A DNA stretch of 64,000 nucleotides from a virus (taxonomy: Duplodnaviria; Caudoviricetes): IMG/VR virus record IMGVR_UViG_3300029955_000001. One strand, given 5' to 3'. Under the pieces are notes generated by a model. It was given only the letters and a program-made list of their open reading frames with translations. It had not been told where the DNA came from and did not search any database. The translations under genes and the position numbers were made by a program. Of this stretch, positions 1 through 9,531 are shown piece by piece (position 1 is the first letter of the stretch; every line of letters begins with the position of its first letter).

Positions 1-363
1 ATAAATGCGTTCGCATAACTTATCCCTAAAATCATACTCAAATTCAATATTTGATTTATCCTCAGGATGTGTTTCGAAATGGTTATCATACACGGACCAC
101 ATTGCATTGCCGAGTAACTCTAAATGAGTATCAGAACCAAGGCGCTTACTATCACCCAATATATTGGTAAGATGGTGTTTTGGCAATAAAGGCGTATCTT
201 GAAATTCTCGATGAAAATCCCATGAATATGAACTATAGAGCGTTGCCCTATCATTCGTGCTAACGATTTCTCCGTTATCGAATACAAGATCAAAAGACCC
301 TGTTAATATATCCCATAACTCTTTAGTTGTATATTTAAGTAACGTTCTTGCTAATATTTTCAT
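1..363 (-). CDS. non-virion RNAP beta-prime C-terminal subunit (phiKZ gp74-like), 5-prime part, runs off window
   Basis: Manually translated open frame MKILARTLLKYTTKELWDILTG... from ATG at 363 to the window edge. It lies directly after the nvRNAP beta gene, as in phiKZ-like gene order. Confidence 0.7.
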   Translation of the reverse strand, partial: MKILARTLLKYTTKELWDILTGSFDLVFDNGEIVSTNDRATLYSSYSWDFHREFQDTPLLPKHHLTNILGDSKRLGSDTHLELLGNAMWSVYDNHFETHPEDKSNIEFEYDFRDKLCERIY

Positions 364-393
364 TAGTATTCCTTTTTAGTATACGTAAATTAC

Positions 394-2592
394 TTATTTA
401 TACACAACTGTCTGATCACTTTCCCAGTTAGGTTTATAGTCTCTGTATATAAAAGACAATCCGCTACATTCTGAAATATGTTTAACGAGACTTAACGGTC
501 TCGCTCCTCCTAATGGTAAAATCTTTCTATCCACTGCCGATTGAATTGCTGTGGGTTTATCAGCGCCTAGAATACTATACAAAATTTGTTTATGTGCAGC
601 TGGGTTATTATTACGATCGAGAATATCAGCAGTTACTTTTGCACCAGCGTATGCTGCATAGATACGAACCTCAGACTCTCCAAGAGCACGAATTGCTTGT
701 TGTCGAGATGGGTGTGAATGTTTATCAGTATTAGTAACTTGAGACAATACTCCAAAATGTTGTAGTTTGCCGCTGGACACAGCTGTCCAGTCGTCGCCTG
801 TTTTCTCTAACAAAATCATATACACACCGCCAATGCGTACATTATTTTTAGTAATAACGCGTTTACCAGAGTTACCAATGTAACTAACAGGGCCGTACAC
901 TGGTTTATAAAACATTTCTAATTGTTTAATTATTTCTTCTGATTCTGGTTCGTTTTCAGGAGGCATATATAGATAAATGCCATCTTTAATAACTGATGCT
1001 AGATGATCAATACGACGGCCTTTATACTCACCATCTGTAAACCAGACGTGCATCTTTGGAGAAACAATATTATAATAACCTAACAAATATTTCCAAGCGC
1101 GATCTATGGAATCTGGTTGGGTTAGTTCAAGTGTGCTTAGAACTGTTTTAATCTCATGCTCGGAATAACTATCCATTGTTGTCTTGTGTTTAGCGGTTGT
1201 AGCACCAAAGAACCAAGGATGAATATCATTCTTTATTTTAATAACAACATCACGACTAGCCGCATTAATGTATTGTTCGTATAATCGACCAATATTCATT
1301 CGTGAAATAGTAGAATTAGGGTCCATCACGATATCTGCCCGATTACCGTTTTCATCCACAGGCATTTCATCCGGTTCAGCGACGTGTACGATAACTCCCT
1401 TACCACCGTGACAATCTGACAATTTAAATCCTGTAATAGGTTCAATGTCATACTCGATTGTAAACTCCACACGCCAGTCATCTAATTGTGCTTGGCGATA
1501 CAGTTTAATAATCCGGTGTTGGTCGCTATCTACAACAGATAGTGCTTCAACTACCATTCTGTGAAATTCAGGAGTAATTCTTAAGTTCTCACGACGATCG
1601 CTTTTCAGGCGATTATATTCTTCTAGAATTTCCTTATAAAACTCACGTCTAGCTAAGTCGTATTTTTCTACTTGTGTTTCCATTCCAGCAACCGCGTCAG
1701 GTGCGCTATTTTGACTATCGTGTTGTACGCGAATATCAACAATTCTTCCACCAGCACCAGCTGCGTATGTGATTTTATCAAATACAAAATCTGGCTCCAT
1801 AAGAGCACTAACACTTTGTTCAACTACAGCTAATCCTTTATCGTAGCTTCGAAGACACATCAGAATACCGTCATATCGAACGCGATCCCCTATATCAGGG
1901 AATGGCTTGAAGTTATTTTCATCACCATATAAATTCAAAGCAAAACGTTTACTGCCCCATTCAACTGTACGTTGCTCATAAGTCTTAAAAGCAAATCTTC
2001 TTAATACATCTCTACTAATAATTACACCGTCTTCAGAAACCGCTGGATGCGTCATGAAAGCCATATTGCACTGAACACCGTACTTATAACCACCGTTTGG
2101 TGTAATTGACGGTGAGTCTAAAAACACGGTTCCTTCTGCTATAGCAGCACCTGGTCGAATATTTCTAATTCCATCTTGTTCTTTATATTCAAAACCAAAG
2201 TATTGGTGATAAGAACAATACTTAACCAAATTAAATATTCCTACTTCTTTAGTAATTGCGTTTTCATAAATTACTAAAGTTTGAGGATTCATCTTAATTG
2301 AATCAGCACCTATCTTGGGACGATAGCGTGGAATGATCTTGATGATTTCTCCATCGCACGGCATTCTCACTTTGAATGTATATTTACCAAACTCACGCTC
2401 AACACCAGTTTGACAACGACGCTCTGTAGCGCCATTGACAACAAGTGTCTGCGAAATATGACTCGAGAACATTTGCTCTCGACTACTAGAGTTGTGTTGC
2501 CTCCATGGGTTTAACCCATTAACTCCCTGAAACTCACGAAAAAGCTGATTAGAAACCTTAGTGCTCATAACGTTTTCCTTTATGTACAACAT
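394..2592 (-). CDS. non-virion RNAP beta subunit (phiKZ gp71-73-like), uninterrupted; likely start 2568
   Basis: Beta-subunit motifs SSSREQMFSSH, VSEDG, KLSDCHGGKG, ADIVMDP and SRMNIG. SD AAGGAA precedes MSTKV. Confidence 0.9.
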   Translation of the reverse strand: MLYIKENVMSTKVSNQLFREFQGVNGLNPWRQHNSSSREQMFSSHISQTLVVNGATERRCQTGVEREFGKYTFKVRMPCDGEIIKIIPRYRPKIGADSIKMNPQTLVIYENAITKEVGIFNLVKYCSYHQYFGFEYKEQDGIRNIRPGAAIAEGTVFLDSPSITPNGGYKYGVQCNMAFMTHPAVSEDGVIISRDVLRRFAFKTYEQRTVEWGSKRFALNLYGDENNFKPFPDIGDRVRYDGILMCLRSYDKGLAVVEQSVSALMEPDFVFDKITYAAGAGGRIVDIRVQHDSQNSAPDAVAGMETQVEKYDLARREFYKEILEEYNRLKSDRRENLRITPEFHRMVVEALSVVDSDQHRIIKLYRQAQLDDWRVEFTIEYDIEPITGFKLSDCHGGKGVIVHVAEPDEMPVDENGNRADIVMDPNSTISRMNIGRLYEQYINAASRDVVIKIKNDIHPWFFGATTAKHKTTMDSYSEHEIKTVLSTLELTQPDSIDRAWKYLLGYYNIVSPKMHVWFTDGEYKGRRIDHLASVIKDGIYLYMPPENEPESEEIIKQLEMFYKPVYGPVSYIGNSGKRVITKNNVRIGGVYMILLEKTGDDWTAVSSGKLQHFGVLSQVTNTDKHSHPSRQQAIRALGESEVRIYAAYAGAKVTADILDRNNNPAAHKQILYSILGADKPTAIQSAVDRKILPLGGARPLSLVKHISECSGLSFIYRDYKPNWESDQTVVYK

Positions 2593-2674
2593 TGTGTTAT
2601 AACAACTAAATATAAATTTGGAAAAATAATAATCTTTATTGTTATTTTTATGATGTCATTACCACACACTACAC

Positions 2675-2694
2675 TTTAGTGATATATCACTAAA
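2675..2694. promoter_or_regulatory. palindromic early-promoter-like site (TATATCAC on both strands)
   Basis: Perfect 20-bp palindrome TTTAGTGATATATCACTAAA between divergent genes. It resembles the phiKZ early motif TATATTAC. Confidence 0.6.
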
Positions 2695-2719
2695 AACCTT
2701 TACATTAAGAGGAACTCTT

Positions 2720-3058
2720 ATGAATGTCGATAGTTTAATGTTTAATCCTGGTAGTGATATTTACTACGATGCGGGGTTTAGAGTTGTTCTAGAAGATCAC
2801 ATGACGTTATTGAGAAATGATTCAACGACGCAAATCATTGACGTTGCTCCGATGGACGCGTATGTGTACGAGGCTGATCTATTTGGTCTTCTTTCTAAAT
2901 ATGGTGTTGCGCCATATTTACACTGGTTAACAATGCGAATGAACGATATGACTTCTCCGTCTGAGAATGATTTGAAATTAACACAGCTATTAATTCCTTA
3001 CCAAGGAAATATCGACAAGATACGACAGTCGTATACTAGTGTTAACAGAATTACATAA
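2720..3058 (+). CDS. conserved phage protein, possible LysM-like/T4 gp53-like baseplate wedge protein
   Basis: 112 aa with SD GAGGAA. The pattern YEADLFGLL..YG....LHWLTMRMN...SP...LLIP resembles LysM-type baseplate proteins (recall only). Confidence 0.4.
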   Translation: MNVDSLMFNPGSDIYYDAGFRVVLEDHMTLLRNDSTTQIIDVAPMDAYVYEADLFGLLSKYGVAPYLHWLTMRMNDMTSPSENDLKLTQLLIPYQGNIDKIRQSYTSVNRIT

Positions 3059-3254
3059 TGTTTAATTCTTTTGTATTTTTATGAAATGTTTCACATGGTA
3101 ATCCAGCATCTCTACATGCGTGGCAGCAAAACCAATACTCATGACCGTTTTCTGAATCTTCATCGCCGGTAAACACGTACTCACTATGACCTATTGTCCC
3201 GTGACAATACATGCAGTATAGTTCTAAATGACCAAATGTCATAAAAGCTTCCAC
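3051..3254 (-). CDS. small Cys-rich putative zinc-binding protein
   Basis: CxxC ... CCxxC ... C motifs in 67 aa. Confidence 0.55.
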   Translation of the reverse strand: MEAFMTFGHLELYCMYCHGTIGHSEYVFTGDEDSENGHEYWFCCHACRDAGLPCETFHKNTKELNIM

Positions 3255-3265
3255 ATAGAGAAAAA

Positions 3266-3308
3266 AATAGCATCTAATCTTTTTAAGGATTAGATGCTAT
3301 TTATGCCG
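3266..3308. terminator. intrinsic terminator hairpin flanked by TATGCCG
   Basis: Stem ATAGCATCTAATC/GATTAGATGCTAT with an A-run on the left (U-tail on the minus strand). Confidence 0.7.
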
Positions 3309-3314
3309 TATTAT

Positions 3315-4580
3315 TTAAATCGCACCAAACCCACCATTGCGATTGCCATAATTATTATTACCATAACTAGGAGTGTTATAGCTTCGTCCTATTCCTCCTA
3401 ATCCTGCTGGTCTATCCATACCACTACGTGATTGACCTTGCTGATACTGTTGTACGTTATTAGGAGCGCCAATAACAGAACGCAAACTAGGAACAGAACG
3501 AATCAGTGAGTTAAAATCCAAACCACCATTCTCAGTAACTACTGGCGCAGGCTGATACGATTGTGCTGGTTGGCCATATGTGTTTTGTGGTTGTTGTGGT
3601 GGAACTTGCCACGGTTGAAGATTAGTAACTGGAGCGCTTGCAAATGAAGCTGATGTCGCTGCTGCGGCAGGCGTGGTTCCTACGTCAGTATGTAGAGACT
3701 TACCTTCGTTACCAGCTTGCATTGGAACTAAGCGAATCTCTGATTTCATTACTTCGATATTATCGAATGTTTCTTCCCATTCAGATTCAAACAGAAGTTC
3801 ATCTGCCTCATCTTCCATTGTGTTTCTAAACAATTCAATGATAGTGTTCAGATTAGAAGCTACGACACCTACTGTCTTCATCAAAGCATCAAGATAAGGT
3901 GCAAGTTGAGATTCAGTACCAATGTTATATGTTTCAGGCTTATCAATACCTGGAAAAATATAATCCATCAAGCTTATTAAAGATTTAATATCTTTTACAC
4001 GCAGCTTTACACCATAACACTCATGCTCTGATTTTGTCAAGGCTTCGTATAGTGGAAAATGTACAATACCACATCGTGAGTAAGTAGTTCCTCTTACCTT
4101 ACCACCACGTTTTAGGAATATGGATACAAAATTCTTTTGAGAATTACCTTCGCCAAACTGTTCACATACTTTTGCGAAATCGTCAACCGTCTTCTTATCG
4201 ACATTTTTAACATGACTCAGAAAATCGGATTGTTCAGGCGTTAACGACGCATGCTCGTCTATGTGTGAAGCAATTTTTAACAAATGTAATGTTAGAACGT
4301 GCAACACGTAATTAATACGCACAACTAATGATGCTCGAAACTTTTCCAAGACATCAGATTCGCCTTTCAAAAGACTTTCCGATAACGGATGGAATATCAC
4401 GATATTCGACTTATTAGAATTAGCCAAATGTTCTTGAGTAGGAAGAACTAGTCGTTTTCCTTTTACAAGCAATGGTGTTTTTAATTCACCAATTACTTGA
4501 TTCACATAACCGTCGTCAGTAGCCACTAAGTCAGCTGTTTTAAGTATGGATTTATACAAATCCAATAATTTCATTGCCAT
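3315..4580 (-). CDS. conserved Chimalliviridae core protein (phiKZ gp70-like)
   Basis: 421 aa with a low-complexity Q/N/G tail. Position between the PicA-like gene and nvRNAP beta matches the phiKZ block. Confidence 0.6.
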   Translation of the reverse strand: MAMKLLDLYKSILKTADLVATDDGYVNQVIGELKTPLLVKGKRLVLPTQEHLANSNKSNIVIFHPLSESLLKGESDVLEKFRASLVVRINYVLHVLTLHLLKIASHIDEHASLTPEQSDFLSHVKNVDKKTVDDFAKVCEQFGEGNSQKNFVSIFLKRGGKVRGTTYSRCGIVHFPLYEALTKSEHECYGVKLRVKDIKSLISLMDYIFPGIDKPETYNIGTESQLAPYLDALMKTVGVVASNLNTIIELFRNTMEDEADELLFESEWEETFDNIEVMKSEIRLVPMQAGNEGKSLHTDVGTTPAAAATSASFASAPVTNLQPWQVPPQQPQNTYGQPAQSYQPAPVVTENGGLDFNSLIRSVPSLRSVIGAPNNVQQYQQGQSRSGMDRPAGLGGIGRSYNTPSYGNNNYGNRNGGFGAI

Positions 4581-4596
4581 TGCTTTTTTCCTTTAT

Positions 4597-6069
4597 TTAA
4601 ATAACACCGAAACCACCGGAACTTAACGGTGTTTGTATATTCCCATTAGTTTTACCAACGAAATCACAAGGAGATGGTCTAAGCTGACCCATCAGATCAC
4701 TGAAATCGTTTGCTACTGACATAGCTAGTCTACCATTTGTTGTTACTACCGGAACAGTCAATGCATCGCAAAACGATGGCGTGACGTAATCTACTTCTGG
4801 TTTACCGTCCAAAGATATTTTTATCCATGTTTCTCCAAGTAGATCAATTTGCATCGAGATTTCGAACGACATAGCACCCGAATACGATAGATCTTGCAAC
4901 ACTTGGAATTCCATGTTTCGTATGAAATTCTGCAAACCTAAACTATGATCAAATGTATCAGAAAACCCACGTACATCAAAAACGACTGTACTGATTACAC
5001 CGTCTCTAGATTGATTAGTAGTTTTAAACACAACCCAAGTAAGCCCTTGCTCCATAAGCAAACCTGGAATTGCTTGACTTAAAATAGTCGCGGCATGCGT
5101 AACGCCATCAGAACCACCCCAATCAGCAGTTAGTCCTGCTTGATGCACAGTTGCTTTCTCTGTAGCGGACATTAAAACAACGACTGCTAAATTATCAACA
5201 TTAGGGTCAAGTAACATTAATTCATTATAAGAGAAAGAGTCACCAATGGGTCTTCCTGTGACATTACTAATTGCAGATAACAAGGGGTCTTTAGAAGCAA
5301 TATTTTCTGCTGAATAATCTCTAGCGGCTTCTAGAATATCACCACGAGAAGAACCAATACTTGTATCAGCTTCGGAGCTTTTCCAACTCTGCAAGATATT
5401 AGCCATATAGCTTGCCGGTACACCATTTGCTCGCCTTGATTTCATGGCTAGATTATTAGCTATGGTTCTTTCGTCATACATAGTACAATCAGGCGGCAGC
5501 ATATCACGCGTCATTACTGAATAAATATCTTCAGGTCGCATCCGGTGATTTGATACCTGTTGACCAACACCGGACCAGCTATTATCGGTAATCACGTGAG
5601 AATTATCATTGATAGTCACGTGAGTTTGATTACCGAGAGGCGTCCTTTCGATTGTTCGTCTTTCCGTTATAATAGAGTTAACGGTAAAAATCATTCTCGG
5701 ATCAACGCTACCAGACAACGCAACACCATCGTAGTCGGTATAACCCATCACGTTTTCAATTATCTCACTACCGATACCTGGAAATACAGATCTTACTTCC
5801 ATACAGAAACGCATTCGTTTCTGTCCCCAGCCATTCGGAATGTCGATCGTTCCTTCTGGAGTAGGAGACGGACTAACAAAATGACTAGCAATACCAGCGA
5901 CTGTTGTTGGTCCAATTTTATTTGTATTAAATAATCGTTCTTGAATAATGTTCAATGTAGAGCGATCAAGATTTGTATTGTAAGGTCGTCGAAACTGTTG
6001 GTTATACGTGCCGGTTTCATGAATTATCAAACGTGTAATTGCAATTCCTGGTCTCTGATTAAAAGACAT
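4597..6069 (-). CDS. picA: phage nucleus protein import factor PicA/Imp1 (phiKZ gp69-like)
   Basis: 490 aa, immediately downstream of the gp68-like subunit in the conserved block. Assignment is by synteny and size. Confidence 0.65.
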   Translation of the reverse strand: MSFNQRPGIAITRLIIHETGTYNQQFRRPYNTNLDRSTLNIIQERLFNTNKIGPTTVAGIASHFVSPSPTPEGTIDIPNGWGQKRMRFCMEVRSVFPGIGSEIIENVMGYTDYDGVALSGSVDPRMIFTVNSIITERRTIERTPLGNQTHVTINDNSHVITDNSWSGVGQQVSNHRMRPEDIYSVMTRDMLPPDCTMYDERTIANNLAMKSRRANGVPASYMANILQSWKSSEADTSIGSSRGDILEAARDYSAENIASKDPLLSAISNVTGRPIGDSFSYNELMLLDPNVDNLAVVVLMSATEKATVHQAGLTADWGGSDGVTHAATILSQAIPGLLMEQGLTWVVFKTTNQSRDGVISTVVFDVRGFSDTFDHSLGLQNFIRNMEFQVLQDLSYSGAMSFEISMQIDLLGETWIKISLDGKPEVDYVTPSFCDALTVPVVTTNGRLAMSVANDFSDLMGQLRPSPCDFVGKTNGNIQTPLSSGGFGVI

Positions 6070-7725
6070 TTAAAAACTCCTTTGTGCAAGAGAAATAGCA
6101 AGATCAGCTAACTTTATTTTAATATCATGCGATACTACTGTTCTTCTATTATTTTTATTTCCATACAACTGTGCTATCCAACTATCGGGTATTGTTAGTC
6201 TCCAATTACGTTCTACAAATAAATTCGACACGAGATCAATACTCTCAGCAGCTGGATTAGTGCGTTTAGCAGTTTTCTGCTTACCAGATGATCGTTTTGA
6301 ATATGGATATAACGCATCGAGTATTTCTAATTGTTCCTTTTTGATTCTTGCGCGTGAATCAAAATCAACACGAAGTGCATCGTTATTTGTTTCTTCTGCT
6401 GCGCTGACTAAACCAGCTAATTCAAAATATCCTTTGTGCCATAAAGCAGCTTGTGCTACTGCCATTACACCCAATAACAATATCTTACTAATGTGTTGTA
6501 AACCCTTATGAGGAATAACTCTAGCGGTTACCCATTGTGTTAGTAGAATCTGCGGGTCGTATATTTGTTGTGTTTCAAGTGCTTTTATGGATAAAAAAGA
6601 TTGCTCCAATAATTCAATTTTAATATCTGGACATAGTTTGAAAGCAAGGGACATTATGTCTTGAGCATAATACGCGATAGTGATAATATCGCCTTCCGAT
6701 ATCTCTTGTTTTATTTTGTAACCTTCGAGTTTCGATAAATTGTTTTCGCCTTCTTGGCTTTGTCCTTCTACAATTTTATCTTTCACTAAACCTATAAAAC
6801 TATTGTCATGACCTTTTGATCTCTGTCCAATGTATTTGTAGATAAATGTAGCTAAATTAGAATTTTGATCTAATCCCCTAACATCGCCTATACTTAAACG
6901 TCGCACCAACACCATTGACAACATCCACGTTGGATAATCTTCAGTGCTTAGTCCATCTAGTATCGGTGATGATTTTGATTTCTCTGATGGAATAGTAGCT
7001 ACTACATACCGTCGTAACTTTTCCATTTCACTTGAATTTATTAACAACGTTTTTGTTAATAACCTACAAGCATAATACTCTTTAAATACTGTTCCAATTT
7101 CTTTCTTTGTTCGCTGAATGAATTCACCCCAAATAGGTATCATCGGGCGCAATAAGATTGACAGTGCCACCAATCCTTTATAATCTTTTTGATCATAAGT
7201 CCGATCACGTGTTCGTGAGTTATCAGCTGCTTCTACAAACTCAACCTCAATATTCTGAGGTATTTGTATATAGCTATAAAACTCACACCAATGTTTTACT
7301 TTTTCTAAATCATGAAAACTAAACAATTGTTCAATCAACACATACAACTTTTTTGTTAGTTCGTTTGTGTCCCATTCCGAATCAAATGTTTCTTTTATAT
7401 TCAAATAACATTTAAATATATTAGTTTGTTCTACCTGAGGTAACTGTGACCAATATTGATTAATCTCTTCAAAGATATCAAAATCACCACTGAATGATAC
7501 CTTATCAAATAAAGCAATATTCCATTCAATAACTAAATCTAAGTTTTTTCCAAGATGGTCTTTATTGTCAACTCGAATTATCTTGACTATGTCGTCAATA
7601 TCTAAATACGATTTACCAGCTAGTTCTTCTAATTGACTTGCGTTTACTATTAGTCCGCTTTTATGGACAACCATTGCGGTTGTTGGGACACCTTGCGCTG
7701 TTGTTCTAATTGTTATAAGTTTCAT
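6070..7725 (-). CDS. non-virion RNAP promoter-specificity (sigma-like) subunit, phiKZ gp68-like
   Basis: 551 aa alpha-helical protein in the conserved position, preceded by an early promoter motif. Confidence 0.7.
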   Translation of the reverse strand: MKLITIRTTAQGVPTTAMVVHKSGLIVNASQLEELAGKSYLDIDDIVKIIRVDNKDHLGKNLDLVIEWNIALFDKVSFSGDFDIFEEINQYWSQLPQVEQTNIFKCYLNIKETFDSEWDTNELTKKLYVLIEQLFSFHDLEKVKHWCEFYSYIQIPQNIEVEFVEAADNSRTRDRTYDQKDYKGLVALSILLRPMIPIWGEFIQRTKKEIGTVFKEYYACRLLTKTLLINSSEMEKLRRYVVATIPSEKSKSSPILDGLSTEDYPTWMLSMVLVRRLSIGDVRGLDQNSNLATFIYKYIGQRSKGHDNSFIGLVKDKIVEGQSQEGENNLSKLEGYKIKQEISEGDIITIAYYAQDIMSLAFKLCPDIKIELLEQSFLSIKALETQQIYDPQILLTQWVTARVIPHKGLQHISKILLLGVMAVAQAALWHKGYFELAGLVSAAEETNNDALRVDFDSRARIKKEQLEILDALYPYSKRSSGKQKTAKRTNPAAESIDLVSNLFVERNWRLTIPDSWIAQLYGNKNNRRTVVSHDIKIKLADLAISLAQRSF

Positions 7726-7766
7726 ATGTTTTTCCTTTATTTACACAACACATACTACTCACTTTA

Positions 7767-7774
7767 GTGATATA
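7767..7774 (-). promoter_or_regulatory. early promoter motif TATATCAC
   Basis: Context ACTTTAGTGATATATGACT is shared with the chimallin promoter and lies about 42 nt upstream of the ATG. Confidence 0.6.
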
Positions 7775-7814
7775 TGACTATATTTGTTTGTATTGCCATC
7801 ACCTTAAAAACTAC

Positions 7815-7860
7815 GGTAGAAAGTAACCTAAGCCTTCCGAGCCAGGGTTACTTTCTACCG
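7815..7860 (-). terminator. long hairpin after the ChmC-like gene
   Basis: 15-bp stem CGGTAGAAAGTAACC/GGTTACTTTCTACCG. Confidence 0.55.
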
Positions 7861-7891
7861 CTACAATATGAACTTATTTCACTACAATTAA

Positions 7892-8605
7892 TTAGAACGG
7901 GAGATCAGTATCGCCGCCGATGTCGTCCTGGGAATTATTGCCTCCGCCGCTAGAACGACCGCCGTTATAATTATTAGGGCGACCACCACCATTGTCTTTC
8001 GGCTTTGGCGCTTCGTAGTTGTCTGCGAGCATTGTCGGCATCAACTCAGTTAAGATGTCCGCGTACGCAGCAGCGCACCATTCAGAAACCTTTGCAATCG
8101 GGAACTCAGAACCATCCCCATGCACATAGCGATGAAAGCGGCTCTGTGGCAGGAAAGGAAATTTAATACGAGGGCGTCCTTTAGTTGTAGATGCTACTGA
8201 AATCCATAGCAAACCATTATCGTCTTTTCCAACATAAATTTCACTTACAACAACAGGCTGTTCACTACGTTTCCCACCTGGGAAAATAAAGTTCTTACAT
8301 TCCAATCTAAACTTACGTTCGTCAACTGGTGCTGTTACAGGAACCTTAATCATTTCACGAATACCGTGAATAAGCATGAAGAAATTTGGCACGTCTACAT
8401 TACCAGAAATTTTTCCGTATCCGTTACTTTCACCAGTGTCTTTAGGATCTCCTGTATATACGGTAATACGAGGGTTATTAGCGTACAATCCCCAAACCAA
8501 ATTAGACCACTTTGAGTCGTCACCAGGACACTTCACTGACAGACTAAGTTTATTGTTATCTAAAGCATTTTTCACACGCGGTGGAGCTTGATAATTACCA
8601 GCCAT
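7892..8605 (-). CDS. chmC: nucleic-acid-binding nuclear shell-associated protein ChmC-like (phiKZ gp67-like)
   Basis: 237 aa with a globular N-terminal domain and a G/N-rich disordered tail ending DTDLPF. It lies directly upstream of the gp68-like gene. Confidence 0.6.
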   Translation of the reverse strand: MAGNYQAPPRVKNALDNNKLSLSVKCPGDDSKWSNLVWGLYANNPRITVYTGDPKDTGESNGYGKISGNVDVPNFFMLIHGIREMIKVPVTAPVDERKFRLECKNFIFPGGKRSEQPVVVSEIYVGKDDNGLLWISVASTTKGRPRIKFPFLPQSRFHRYVHGDGSEFPIAKVSEWCAAAYADILTELMPTMLADNYEAPKPKDNGGGRPNNYNGGRSSGGGNNSQDDIGGDTDLPF

Positions 8606-8685
8606 GATTAACTTCCTTTTATTAAATGTTGTATTCTGACGCTCAAATTATGAGTCATGTCAGTAATAAATTACTGTATATTATA

Positions 8686-9531
8686 TTAACCATTCCTAAT
8701 TAATACTTCTTGAAGAATAGCACGTGTGTACGGATCTTTAATAGCGCTTATACTCATAGACAGCTTGTCGTATGTTGATACCGCGCTCCATTTATAATGG
8801 GTAGCTATATCTATAATCTCTCGACGAACCTTAATTGGCATTGGTTGAAACTGCTCATTATCGCCAAATACCTGAATAAGATCCTCTCGAAATGGAATCA
8901 TAGATAAGTTTGATCCTTGATAATATTTCGTATACCAAAGTGCTCTGTCTTTGAGTTTACCAGTATGAGATTCAATCAGTACTAATTTATTAAATTCTCT
9001 ATAAGACAATAAATCATAAGCGTAGTGTGTTAAAATTAAAGCTTTTGTTTTAACAGGTGACTTTATCTTTAAAGTAAATTTAACGATTTCACTAGGATGC
9101 TCAGTTAACAATATATTCATTGTTAAATTATGAAAAGCTGTATACTCTTTTTGTTTTGGAGTATTGTCTACTCTTAACTGAGCGTGTTTATATAAGTGTG
9201 TCATGTTAGCATAGTCGCTATAATAGAACACTACTTTAGTTTTACCTTTTGTTACGTCATTTACGATAGATGTAATCACATCCATTTCTACCGCTATTTC
9301 AGCAGCTACTTGATTTGGAAGTACAAGACCTGCATCTTCTTTATTTAAACTCCCCATAAGGTTTCTAAATAAAGTACGCGTGTTGACATAAAGTTCTTGG
9401 TAATCTTTTATAGGCGGATATTCCGTAGGATAATCTTCATGTATGCCGCACAAAGCCTCTTTAGCCAACGATGTAGCAATGCTTAAATTATACTGGCCTA
9501 CCGCCCTATTAGAAATGGCATCTGTATTCAT
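8686..9531 (-). CDS. conserved protein (phiKZ gp66-like), possible PIN/5-prime nuclease-like fold
   Basis: Motif LYVNTRTLFRN and synteny with the SbcD-like gene. Confidence 0.45.
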   Translation of the reverse strand: MNTDAISNRAVGQYNLSIATSLAKEALCGIHEDYPTEYPPIKDYQELYVNTRTLFRNLMGSLNKEDAGLVLPNQVAAEIAVEMDVITSIVNDVTKGKTKVVFYYSDYANMTHLYKHAQLRVDNTPKQKEYTAFHNLTMNILLTEHPSEIVKFTLKIKSPVKTKALILTHYAYDLLSYREFNKLVLIESHTGKLKDRALWYTKYYQGSNLSMIPFREDLIQVFGDNEQFQPMPIKVRREIIDIATHYKWSAVSTYDKLSMSISAIKDPYTRAILQEVLIRNG

